The translations under genes and the position numbers were made by a program. From Clostridia bacterium (GTDB lineage Bacteria; Bacillota; Clostridia; Oscillospirales; SIG627), in NCBI GenBank assembly GCA_017440805.1, contig JAFSGN010000016.1:66627-130626 (forward strand): a stretch of 64,000 nt of DNA, read 5' to 3'. Below are positions 56,254-64,000 of the stretch, piece after piece; the first letter of the stretch is position 1; the number at the start of each line of letters is the position of its first letter. The notes under the pieces were generated by a model, which worked only from the letters and a program-made list of their open reading frames with translations, was not told the origin of the DNA and did not search any database.

Positions 56254-56765
56254 TGAATTATTATTTTGCCGTTTTAGGCTATACCCTTGTTTTTTTGTGT
56301 CCTTCCGCATTGGGATATATTGCCGCCTTCCGTACAAAAGAACAAGTTTTAAAGTTAGACGGTATAATTTCAATGATTGAACATATAAGATACGAAATCG
56401 GTGAGAGAATGACTCCCCAGAATATGATTTTTGAGAGATTTGAAAACCGTGCTCTTTCCAGATGCGGTTTTCTTGATATACTTAAAAAAAGCCGTTCCGA
56501 CGGCGAAAACTCATCTTTAAAATGTGCTTTGGTGTCATACGGGAAACTGTTTCCAGAGGATGCAAAATGTGAAATGCTCATAAATGATTTTTCTCTGACA
56601 CTGGGTACTCTGTCCCGCCAGGAGCAACAAAACAGGTGTACGGAATACATTGAAAGACTGCGTCATATATATACTGAAAAAAGCGGAAAAATATCCGCCG
56701 ATACGAAGTTGTACCGTTCATTGGGACTGCTTTTGGGCACTGTGTCGGTTCTTCTTTTATTATAA
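56253..56765 (+). CDS. spoIIIAB: stage III sporulation protein AB
   Basis: Position in the operon, one N-terminal TM helix, about 170 aa. The ATG overlaps the spoIIIAA stop (TGATG). Confidence 0.8.
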   Translation: MNYYFAVLGYTLVFLCPSALGYIAAFRTKEQVLKLDGIISMIEHIRYEIGERMTPQNMIFERFENRALSRCGFLDILKKSRSDGENSSLKCALVSYGKLFPEDAKCEMLINDFSLTLGTLSRQEQQNRCTEYIERLRHIYTEKSGKISADTKLYRSLGLLLGTVSVLLLL

Positions 56766-56768
56766 AAT

Positions 56769-56978
56769 GTGAAAGGAATAAAATTGGATATCTCTTTAAT
56801 ACTGAAAATTGCAGGAATGGGCATAACAGTTGCGGTTGCTCATCAGATGTTGCAACGAATGGGGCGTGACGAGCAGGCGACCCTTTTATCACTTGCCGGA
56901 GTTGTTGCAGTGTTGCTTATGGTAGTGGGTGAAATTGACCGACTGTTTACATCGGTACGAAATATTTTCGGCTTATGA
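56769..56978 (+). CDS. spoIIIAC: stage III sporulation protein AC
   Basis: 69-aa two-TM protein with ILKIAGMGITVAV...LAGVV. GTG start. Confidence 0.85.
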   Translation: MKGIKLDISLILKIAGMGITVAVAHQMLQRMGRDEQATLLSLAGVVAVLLMVVGEIDRLFTSVRNIFGL

Positions 56979-57358
56979 ATATAATTACTGTCTGCGGAAG
57001 CGTGGTTGCCATTGCCGTTATAAGTGCGGTAATCCGTAAAACCGCGCCTGACTGGTCACCGCTTTTAAGTATGTGTCTGGGTCTTTTGATTTTGGGAAAG
57101 GCTATGGATTTTATATATCCCATAGTCGTATATGTAAAGGAAATTTTCTTTTCATCTCAATACAGCATATATCTCATGCCTGCCGTAAAGGCACTTGGCA
57201 TAGCAACAGTTACACATATTACCTGTGAAACCTGCCGTGACCTTAACGAAAATTCAGCAGCGGCAAAAGTAGAACTCTGCGGAAAGGCGGCAATACTTCT
57301 TTGCGGAATACCAATAATAAAGGAAATTTTTGCTACGGTAAATACCTTATTGTCTTAG
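56975..57358 (+). CDS. spoIIIAD: stage III sporulation protein AD
   Basis: 127-aa four-TM protein in the operon position. ATGA overlap with AC. Confidence 0.85.
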   Translation: MNIITVCGSVVAIAVISAVIRKTAPDWSPLLSMCLGLLILGKAMDFIYPIVVYVKEIFFSSQYSIYLMPAVKALGIATVTHITCETCRDLNENSAAAKVELCGKAAILLCGIPIIKEIFATVNTLLS

Positions 57359-58416
57359 TTCTTATACTTATTACGGCTCTTCCCTGCCATGCAGCAGATA
57401 TTTCCGACGATATTATACGGTATTCCGGGGCAGACATGTTGGAAAATCATTTGCCCCGGACTCTTAAAGACAGCGGAGTTGCACCAACACTGAAAGAACC
57501 CATACAGGATAATATTTTTTCAAAACTTGCTGAACTTATGGTAAGCGGAATTAAGAAAGAGTTAAAAGGTTTTATCGGTTTGTGTGCCTTTCTGTGCATA
57601 TGCTCCGTAATCCGTCTTTACGGGAATTACTTTTCTGCCGCCGGGGCAGCGACTGATTATATCTGTACCCTATGCACTTCTTTTTACTGCTATAGTTTTA
57701 CCCAGGGTGCACTGGATTCTGTCAAAACAGCATTAAGCGAAACCGACACATTTATGAGTACAATGCTCCCGGTTATGAGTTCCCTGTATGCAGTAAGCGG
57801 AAATGCTTCGGCGTCAATATCGCAGAATATCGGGATATATGCAGCCATTACATTATTTGAAAAAATAAACACCTCTGTTTTACTGCCTTTTTTCAACTTT
57901 GCTTTTTCTCTTGCCATTGTCTGTCAGACAAGCAGTATTGACCTTTCAGGAGTCTTAAAAATCATAAAAAATGTGGTCGTACGATGCTGCGTGACCATAA
58001 TTACACTGCTTACCGCATTATTGTTTTTCAAAAGCACATTCTCCTCTGCAGCAGATACTCTTGCAATAAGAGGTGTAAAATACGCCGTAAGTCTTATACC
58101 CATAGTCGGTGCTATGGCAGGAGAAGCAGTTCGTACCGTGGCAGCAAGTATATCCGTTATAAAAACATCGGCAGGTATTTTTGCGGTCACTGCCGTATTT
58201 TATACGGTGGCTGTTCCCTGTATAATTCTTATATGTAAAAAAACTCTTTTAAGCATATGTTCGGTTGTGGGCAATGTACTGGGAGTAAAAAAAGAGGCGT
58301 TATTCATTGAAGAAATAAACGGTATATTAAGTATTCTTCTCGCCATAACCGTTTCGGTGGGAATATTTTTTATTCTGGCTGTTACCATATTTATTAAAAC
58401 GGCGGTGATTATATAA
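57301..58416 (+). CDS. spoIIIAE: stage III sporulation protein AE
   Basis: Signal-like N-terminus plus a polytopic permease-like body. The only canonical in-frame start is TTG at 57301, which overlaps AD by 58 nt. Confidence 0.8.
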   Translation: MRNTNNKGNFCYGKYLIVLVLILITALPCHAADISDDIIRYSGADMLENHLPRTLKDSGVAPTLKEPIQDNIFSKLAELMVSGIKKELKGFIGLCAFLCICSVIRLYGNYFSAAGAATDYICTLCTSFYCYSFTQGALDSVKTALSETDTFMSTMLPVMSSLYAVSGNASASISQNIGIYAAITLFEKINTSVLLPFFNFAFSLAIVCQTSSIDLSGVLKIIKNVVVRCCVTIITLLTALLFFKSTFSSAADTLAIRGVKYAVSLIPIVGAMAGEAVRTVAASISVIKTSAGIFAVTAVFYTVAVPCIILICKKTLLSICSVVGNVLGVKKEALFIEEINGILSILLAITVSVGIFFILAVTIFIKTAVII

Positions 58417-58424
58417 TTAACACG

Positions 58425-58910
58425 ATGTCAAATTGGCTCATCTCAATATCCTGTGCTGCGATATGCGGTACTCTTATTGAAATAATTACCCCTGTGTTTA
58501 AAAACGGAGCCGAAAAATATGTAAAATTTATTGTGGCACTGGGGGTCCTGTTGATAATTTTATCGCCGCTTTCGGGTATTTTTTCTCATATTGAAAATAA
58601 TCTTGACCAAATGGGAATAAATCACACAGAAAATAATATAAATGTTATTGAGGAAAACAAAACACAGACCTGGATTCTTACCGAAACTCTGACAAATCTT
58701 GAAAACGGCATAAAAAAACTGGTGTATCATCATTTTGCCGTTGAAGTTTCGGTTAAGGTGGCGGCAGAAATCACTCAGAACGGAATACAGGTAAATTCAA
58801 TTGAATTTACTGTACCTGCAGGCACACCGAAATTACTGACAGCGGAGATAGAGAAATTTACAGGTGATTATCTTGGTGTTAAGGTATATGGAAAAAACGG
58901 AGAAAAGTAA
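58425..58910 (+). CDS. spoIIIAF: stage III sporulation protein AF
   Basis: Two N-terminal TM helices with WLISISCAAICGTLIEIITP, in the operon position. Confidence 0.8.
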   Translation: MSNWLISISCAAICGTLIEIITPVFKNGAEKYVKFIVALGVLLIILSPLSGIFSHIENNLDQMGINHTENNINVIEENKTQTWILTETLTNLENGIKKLVYHHFAVEVSVKVAAEITQNGIQVNSIEFTVPAGTPKLLTAEIEKFTGDYLGVKVYGKNGEK

Positions 58911-59402
58911 ATGCTGAACGAAATGCTCCACAAACTCGGCGGAATAAAGAAAGTATCAATTCTTACAGCGGTGTTTCTTATCGGAATAGGTATGGTTTTT
59001 TCTCAAAAAAACAGTTCTTTGGAAGAAGAGTTCAGTTATGAATTTGATTACGCCCAATATGTTGCGCAAACTGAAGAAAGACTGTGCGAAATAATATCGC
59101 AGACTGCGGGGGTGGGTAAAGTAAAAGTAATGATAACCCTTGAAAGCACTCCCCGTCTGTATTATGAAAGAAATACCCGTCTGCGTCGTACCGACGGGGA
59201 TGTTTCCAACGGAATTGAAAGTGAGGAAACTCTTGTTTTTCAGGAACAAAAGCCTATACTTGTAACCGAAATATTTCCCAAAGTAAATGGTGTTGCAGTC
59301 GTATGCGACGGTGCAAAAAACAAGTCAATATGCGAGAAAATCATAGGTATTGTTTCCTGTGCACTTAATGTATCGTCAAACAGAATATATGTGACCTATT
59401 AA
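58911..59402 (+). CDS. spoIIIAG: stage III sporulation protein AG
   Basis: One TM helix plus a ring-forming domain ending VNGVAVVCDGA...V..AL.V...RI.V. Confidence 0.85.
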   Translation: MLNEMLHKLGGIKKVSILTAVFLIGIGMVFSQKNSSLEEEFSYEFDYAQYVAQTEERLCEIISQTAGVGKVKVMITLESTPRLYYERNTRLRRTDGDVSNGIESEETLVFQEQKPILVTEIFPKVNGVAVVCDGAKNKSICEKIIGIVSCALNVSSNRIYVTY

Positions 59403-59434
59403 AAATTAAAACTACATACAAGGAGATTTCAACT

Positions 59435-60184
59435 ATGAATAATCTTTCAAAAATCACTCTCAGCGATGATGTTCTTGCTTCCCGTCTTTACGACGGGCTT
59501 TGCGAGTCAAAGGAAAAGGACTCCGTACCCCGAAATTTCACAGAAACAAAAATCCCGAAAAAAGAAAAAAAGAAATACTCCTTTTCCTTTAAGAAACACC
59601 TGAAAAAACCTGTTGCAAAAAAGACCGGAAAAATAAATTCCGCCATTCTCAGACGCAACACTCTTGCCGCCTGTTGTGTTTTGCTTATAGCGGCTGCGGT
59701 GTGGCTGAATTTTACTTTCTCAGATGCTTCCACTCAAAATCTCCAATATATGCCGGACAACTCAGAGCAACTTGAAACACAGGGAAAAATACTGGGAGAA
59801 TCAACTTTTGTAAGTAACGAAAACGACACAGAACAGGAAGACTACTTTTCGGTTGCGGTTATCAACCGTCAGCGTGTACGAGATGAAGCAATAGATATGC
59901 TCCGTGAGGTTGTGGACAATGTGGAAACAAATTCCGCCATAAGAGAAAATGCCTTTAACGAAATGACCCGCATGGCTGAGGAAACAAATACCGAAATAAA
60001 CATCGAAAATCTTGTAACTGCCAAAGGATTTGAAGACTGTGTTGCGGTAATAAACGGAGATACCGCCAACATTATAGTAAAAACCTCCGGTCTTGCACCC
60101 GAAGAAATTGCACAAATCCAGGAAATAGTCTATACCCAGTCAGGTACACTCATAGAAAACATCAAAATCATCGAAAAAGCGTAG
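59435..60184 (+). CDS. spoIIIAH: stage III sporulation protein AH (SpoIIIAH-like)
   Basis: TM anchor plus a C-terminal YscJ/FliF-like domain (ENLVTAKGFEDCVAVINGDTANIIVK). Last gene of the operon. Confidence 0.8.
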   Translation: MNNLSKITLSDDVLASRLYDGLCESKEKDSVPRNFTETKIPKKEKKKYSFSFKKHLKKPVAKKTGKINSAILRRNTLAACCVLLIAAAVWLNFTFSDASTQNLQYMPDNSEQLETQGKILGESTFVSNENDTEQEDYFSVAVINRQRVRDEAIDMLREVVDNVETNSAIRENAFNEMTRMAEETNTEINIENLVTAKGFEDCVAVINGDTANIIVKTSGLAPEEIAQIQEIVYTQSGTLIENIKIIEKA

Positions 60185-60185
60185 T

Positions 60186-60229
60186 AAAAACACAGACTGC
60201 CGAAAAAATTCGGCAGTCTGTGGCTTTTA
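60186..60229 (+). terminator. rho-independent terminator of the spoIIIA operon
   Basis: CACAGACTGCCG / CGGCAGTCTGTG stem plus a T-rich tail. Confidence 0.8.
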
Positions 60230-60294
60230 TGTGCACTGAAATTCCACCGGCATTGCCTGTGGTTATGGCTTGATTGAAAAAATTCTCTTCTAAA

Positions 60295-61089
60295 TCAGTG
60301 CCTGTTTCTGTATTCTGTAGGTGACACTTTTTCTCTTGTAGAAAAAAGTCTTGAAAATGTAAGTATATCTGCATAACCTACTGAATTTGCTATTTCGGTT
60401 ATCGTCATATCTGTGTTTACCAGCATGTTTTTAGCGGTGTCAAGTTTTAATCTTATAATACACTGTTTCGGAGACATATTAAATTCCTGCATAAACAACC
60501 TGTATAAATATGGCTGGCTTATACCTATAAGATGCGTTAATTCATCAACCGTTACATTTCTGTATATATTATCTTTAATATACTTCAGTGCATAATCAAT
60601 ATAAATTTCAGTCGTGGTAGGTTGTTTTTTATTGTTGTTTTGTTTTGTGCATGCACAATGCAACTGAAGAAATATTTCAAGAAGTTTTAGTGAGTCTGCA
60701 CTTATTTCGTTGAATGTGCAAATTTTTTTGGCTGTTTCTCGTGCAGTCATAAGTGAACTGAAATCAAAAATATTTGTTTCAGGATTTGCTTTATATTGCT
60801 GTAAAATATCAGGCACACATGCTCCCGTAATCGTGAACCACATAAGCTCCCATGGGTTATCTTTATCTGCATAATGATGGGCATGCATTCCGTCGTATAC
60901 GATAAATCCCTGCCCTTCATTTACGATGTTGCCATTAAAAAAACCAATACCTTTTATATTAAAATGTATAGTAAAACCTTTTCTTCTTCCGGGACCAAAA
61001 GATGAATTTTTAATATTTTTTGTAAACCCCATTCCCTCTATGAACGGGGAAGTTATTATGCCTTGTGACATTACATAAGAAAACGACAT
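60295..61089 (-). CDS. AraC-family transcriptional regulator (cupin sensor + HTH)
   Basis: C-terminal dual HTH (VDELTHLIGISQPYLYRLF ... ITEIANSVGYADILTFSRLF). Divergent from the sugar-type operon. Confidence 0.85.
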   Translation of the reverse strand: MSFSYVMSQGIITSPFIEGMGFTKNIKNSSFGPGRRKGFTIHFNIKGIGFFNGNIVNEGQGFIVYDGMHAHHYADKDNPWELMWFTITGACVPDILQQYKANPETNIFDFSSLMTARETAKKICTFNEISADSLKLLEIFLQLHCACTKQNNNKKQPTTTEIYIDYALKYIKDNIYRNVTVDELTHLIGISQPYLYRLFMQEFNMSPKQCIIRLKLDTAKNMLVNTDMTITEIANSVGYADILTFSRLFSTREKVSPTEYRNRH

Positions 61090-61350
61090 TATTTATGTTT
61101 AGTACAATGTAAATAGATTATTTGACTGTCATTTACAAATATACTTTTCCCTTCTGCAAAGACTTGCTTTATAGTTGATTACGACTTGTCAGATTTGTAT
61201 TATATAGTATGTGATATAGATTTTTCTGTTTGTTATTATTTTACCATATTGGGTAATGTTTTGTCAATAGAAAAAAATATATTTGTATGATATTATTACA
61301 TGTGTGGGAAAGTTTATTATTTTAAATTTTATTTTAAAGGAGAAAAACAA

Positions 61351-62388
61351 ATGGCAATTAAACACACTGCAGTAAGTTATTACGGTTTCAACTACGTAGA
61401 ACATGCAATTAAAGATTTCCAGGAAATAAAAGAACATGGATGTGACACTGTAATTTTAGCAATTACAGAGTTTGATATGGACTTTTGGTTCCCCAATATT
61501 AACAACATTGTAAAAGCAGCTCATGAAATTGGGTTGAAAGTTTTGGCAGACCCGTGGGGAATAGGAAAGTTTTTTGGTGGTGAACAGGTAAGTTTGTTTT
61601 TACAAAATAATATTCATAACCGCCAGGTTTCTGCACTTACAGACGAACCTCTGGTTGCGGCTTGCTTTAATACCCGTTCATTCCGTGAATATTTTGAGGG
61701 TATTTGCCTGAAACTTGCAAAAGAAACAGAGGTAGACGGATTTTTCTGGGACGAACCGCATTATGCTAAGCCAAGCCATGTTGCCTCTTTTGGAGCTGAC
61801 GGTAAAGATGACTGGACTTGCAGATGCCCTGTTTGTATGAAAAAATTTGAGGAAGAATACGGTTATGAAATGCCCAGAGTTATGAACGACGATGTTTTGC
61901 GTTTCAGACGCAGAGAGGCACTTTTTACACTGAGTGAAGCTTCAAGAAAAATAAAAGAAGTGAATCCGAAACTTGAGATCACCTGTTGTGTATTGGCAAC
62001 ACTTGATGATTATTATAACAGAGAAGCAAGGGGATATGACGATTGGGATGCTGTTTGTGCTTGCCCGTATTTTGATGTTTTCTCGACTACTATAATCAAT
62101 TATGATATGCCAAATAGTTTCATCAGTGATATTACAAGAAGAACTGTTGAAGTTGCTAAAAAGTACGGAAAAGAATCAGAAAGATGGATTAGCGGTTATT
62201 TCTCTCGTCCTGCTGATTTCAAGCGTATTGATGAAATTATAGATATTTATGATGACCTTGGTGTAGACAGAGTTGCTACCTGGACATACCGTGGCGGATA
62301 CGGAACATCACTTGCTTCAAAAGATCCAATTGAACTTTGGGATAATATAGGCAGAAACTTTGCTCGTATGCAAGCAAAAAATAAATAA
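61351..62388 (+). CDS. hypothetical TIM-barrel-like (glycoside-hydrolase-like) protein
   Basis: The ATG at 61351 has an AAAGGAGAA RBS. It has an FFWDEPHY motif and a CRCPVC cysteine cluster. Family not recognised. Confidence 0.45.
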   Translation: MAIKHTAVSYYGFNYVEHAIKDFQEIKEHGCDTVILAITEFDMDFWFPNINNIVKAAHEIGLKVLADPWGIGKFFGGEQVSLFLQNNIHNRQVSALTDEPLVAACFNTRSFREYFEGICLKLAKETEVDGFFWDEPHYAKPSHVASFGADGKDDWTCRCPVCMKKFEEEYGYEMPRVMNDDVLRFRRREALFTLSEASRKIKEVNPKLEITCCVLATLDDYYNREARGYDDWDAVCACPYFDVFSTTIINYDMPNSFISDITRRTVEVAKKYGKESERWISGYFSRPADFKRIDEIIDIYDDLGVDRVATWTYRGGYGTSLASKDPIELWDNIGRNFARMQAKNK

Positions 62389-62409
62389 TTAATTAACGGA
62401 GGAATAATT

Positions 62410-63162
62410 ATGTTTAACGATTACGGTTATTTTAACTCAATTACAGAAAATATTAAAAAGGTTATGGAAGAACAATCTGAACAGATTGAACTTGCAGCAC
62501 AGGCTATGGCTGATGCTATCGAGCAGGATAAATTGATTCATGTTTACGGTGGCGGCGGACATACTACCCTTTGTGTTGGCGAAATGTTTTTCAGAGCAGG
62601 CGGACTTTGTAACATCAACCCTGTTATGGAAACAGCATTATCTGTATTCAATCAGGCACTTAAATATTTGGAATTAGAAAGAACTGTAAATTTCGGAAGT
62701 TCTGTTGTGAAATATTATGATATAAAAGAAGGAGATTTGTTGATTATTTATCATAATATCGGAATCAATGCTGCAACTATCGATGCCGCTATTGAAGCAA
62801 AGAAAAACGGAGCTAAAATAATTGCCGTATCAAGTTCATACTGGCAGAATGAAATGCCGAAAGACCACTTTATAAGACATCCTTCGGGAAAAAATTTGTT
62901 TGATTTTGCCGACATCTGTATTGATGATTATAACCCTGTAGGTGATGCTGTTGTTACAGTTGAGGGTTGTGATACACCTATTGCACCAATTTCCAACATT
63001 GTAGATTTCTATATTATTCATGCTCTTGAAATTGCAACAATTCGTGAGTGTGTAAAACGCGGTGTAACACCTCCCGTATGGAAAAGTGCAAATACGCCCG
63101 GCGGAGACGAATTTAATAAGGCTAATATGGATAAATACAAGCCTCGTATTAAGATGCTTTAA
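62410..63162 (+). CDS. SIS-domain protein, UPF0309 family
   Basis: LIHVYGGGGHTTL..EMFFRAGGL...IGINAATIDAA..AK..GAKIIAVSS is the typical UPF0309 sugar-isomerase-like pattern. Confidence 0.75.
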   Translation: MFNDYGYFNSITENIKKVMEEQSEQIELAAQAMADAIEQDKLIHVYGGGGHTTLCVGEMFFRAGGLCNINPVMETALSVFNQALKYLELERTVNFGSSVVKYYDIKEGDLLIIYHNIGINAATIDAAIEAKKNGAKIIAVSSSYWQNEMPKDHFIRHPSGKNLFDFADICIDDYNPVGDAVVTVEGCDTPIAPISNIVDFYIIHALEIATIRECVKRGVTPPVWKSANTPGGDEFNKANMDKYKPRIKML

Positions 63163-63179
63163 TATAAGGGGGAACGGCT

Positions 63180-63896
63180 ATGCGAATCGATATGATTAGA
63201 GAAGGTGTGTCCAAAATCAGCGATTATTCTTCTGAAAAATGGCAGTTTCAAGATGATATGACAATTAATGTTGATGGTACGACTTTACCTCTCTTACCAT
63301 GGCGTTTTGACCGAAGATTGTGTTCAGTGCGAAAATTAGTTATAGATGACAATGTACTTAGAAAAGCATGTAGCTACAAGTCACGCTTTGTTGGAAACTG
63401 CTCGGATGAAATCAGGACAATATTGTATCAAGAACTAGATATCTGTGAATGGTTGCTTGATGACAAAATTATATCTGTTTATACTCAGGCCGCTGGAGAC
63501 AAAATATTATCAATGATTTTAAAAACAGAAAAGGGAATATTGTGTAATATTGAAATTGCTTTGACACTTTCCGAAAATACGCCGCCAGTAACAAAGCATG
63601 AAATAACAGGCAAGGAAGGCCTTGTTTGTGACCGTTCAATTAACGAACAGATTCCTGTAGAAGCCATTTATGTATTTGGTCAGGAAGGAAAAAAAGAAGC
63701 CTATACCGATATGGATGGAGCAATGCTCGGACTTACTCCGGATGAAGTAAGAATTGCTGATAATATAATCGAATGGCTCGAAAAATCACCCGATGGTGAC
63801 ACATTGCAAAAAACAACTAATAGAATTAATTATTTGGTTGATTGTGTTTTTCAGTCTGTAAAAACAGGTGATATTGTCAGGATGGAGGAGAAGTAA
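63180..63896 (+). CDS. hypothetical protein, possibly Gfo/Idh/MocA C-terminal-domain-like (no Rossmann N-domain)
   Basis: 238-aa ORF with an AAGGGGGAA RBS. Resemblance to oxidoreductase C-domains is weak (ELDICEWLL...ISVY). Confidence 0.35.
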   Translation: MRIDMIREGVSKISDYSSEKWQFQDDMTINVDGTTLPLLPWRFDRRLCSVRKLVIDDNVLRKACSYKSRFVGNCSDEIRTILYQELDICEWLLDDKIISVYTQAAGDKILSMILKTEKGILCNIEIALTLSENTPPVTKHEITGKEGLVCDRSINEQIPVEAIYVFGQEGKKEAYTDMDGAMLGLTPDEVRIADNIIEWLEKSPDGDTLQKTTNRINYLVDCVFQSVKTGDIVRMEEK

Positions 63897-63897
63897 A

Positions 63898-64000
63898 ATG
63901 AAAAAAATTAAAATAGCAATGTTTTCTGTGTTAAGCGTACATGCAGAACCGTATATTAGTTCTCTTCCACTTCGTGAGGATTATGAGTGGGTTGCAATTT
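63898..64000 (+). CDS. partial ORF (5' end only), hypothetical
   Basis: The ATG at 63898 is preceded by GGAGGAG. It reads MKKIKIAMFSVLSVHAEPYISSLPLREDYEWVAI and runs off the window edge. Confidence 0.3.
   Translation, partial: MKKIKIAMFSVLSVHAEPYISSLPLREDYEWVAI

Noticed and set aside
1-64000. Prophage, defence island, toxin-antitoxin or integrative element spanning part of the window
   Set aside because: Reading every track ORF of 60 aa or more, I found no integrase, recombinase, transposase, phage structural, restriction-modification, Cas, reverse transcriptase or recognisable TA genes. The gene content is housekeeping, sporulation and carbohydrate-related.

Overview
The window looks like chromosomal core DNA from a low-GC, spore-forming Clostridia-class Firmicute. 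A Ruminococcaceae-type gut anaerobe is my inference, based on a complete spoIIIAA-AH operon, spoIIE and a GerA-family gene alongside dockerin, cohesin-like and SLH cell-surface proteins. I support about 60 protein genes. They include four aminoacyl-tRNA synthetases (gltX, glnS, hisS, aspS), the yaaO/yaaQ/holB/yaaT cluster, nifS-thiI, rsmI, fba, mgsA, dacB-like and rbsK. RNA regulators are a preQ1-I riboswitch upstream of a YhhQ/VUT transporter and a Trp (UGG) T-box upstream of an orphan trpB. I saw no rRNA, tRNA, CRISPR array, integrase, transposase, reverse transcriptase or recognisable defence gene. The best candidates for something undescribed are these. (1) A 295-bp non-coding element (24784-25078) bounded by a perfect 15-bp terminal inverted repeat, containing short hairpins separated by AACATCA spacers with mutually exclusive pairings. 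(2) A strongly RBS-led 50-aa peptide gene whose N-terminus matches the spacing of a RiPP (lasso-type) leader motif; it closes an operon of secreted dockerin and cohesin-like proteins and has no maturase nearby. (3) Two tandem paralogues of an unassigned TIM-barrel, glycoside-hydrolase-like family with mosaic identity, next to an orphan solute-binding protein and a palindromic TTGTGCA operator-like region. (4) An AraC-controlled operon of uncharacterised sugar-type enzymes at the right edge. All functional calls come from by-eye motif recognition only; no searches were run.
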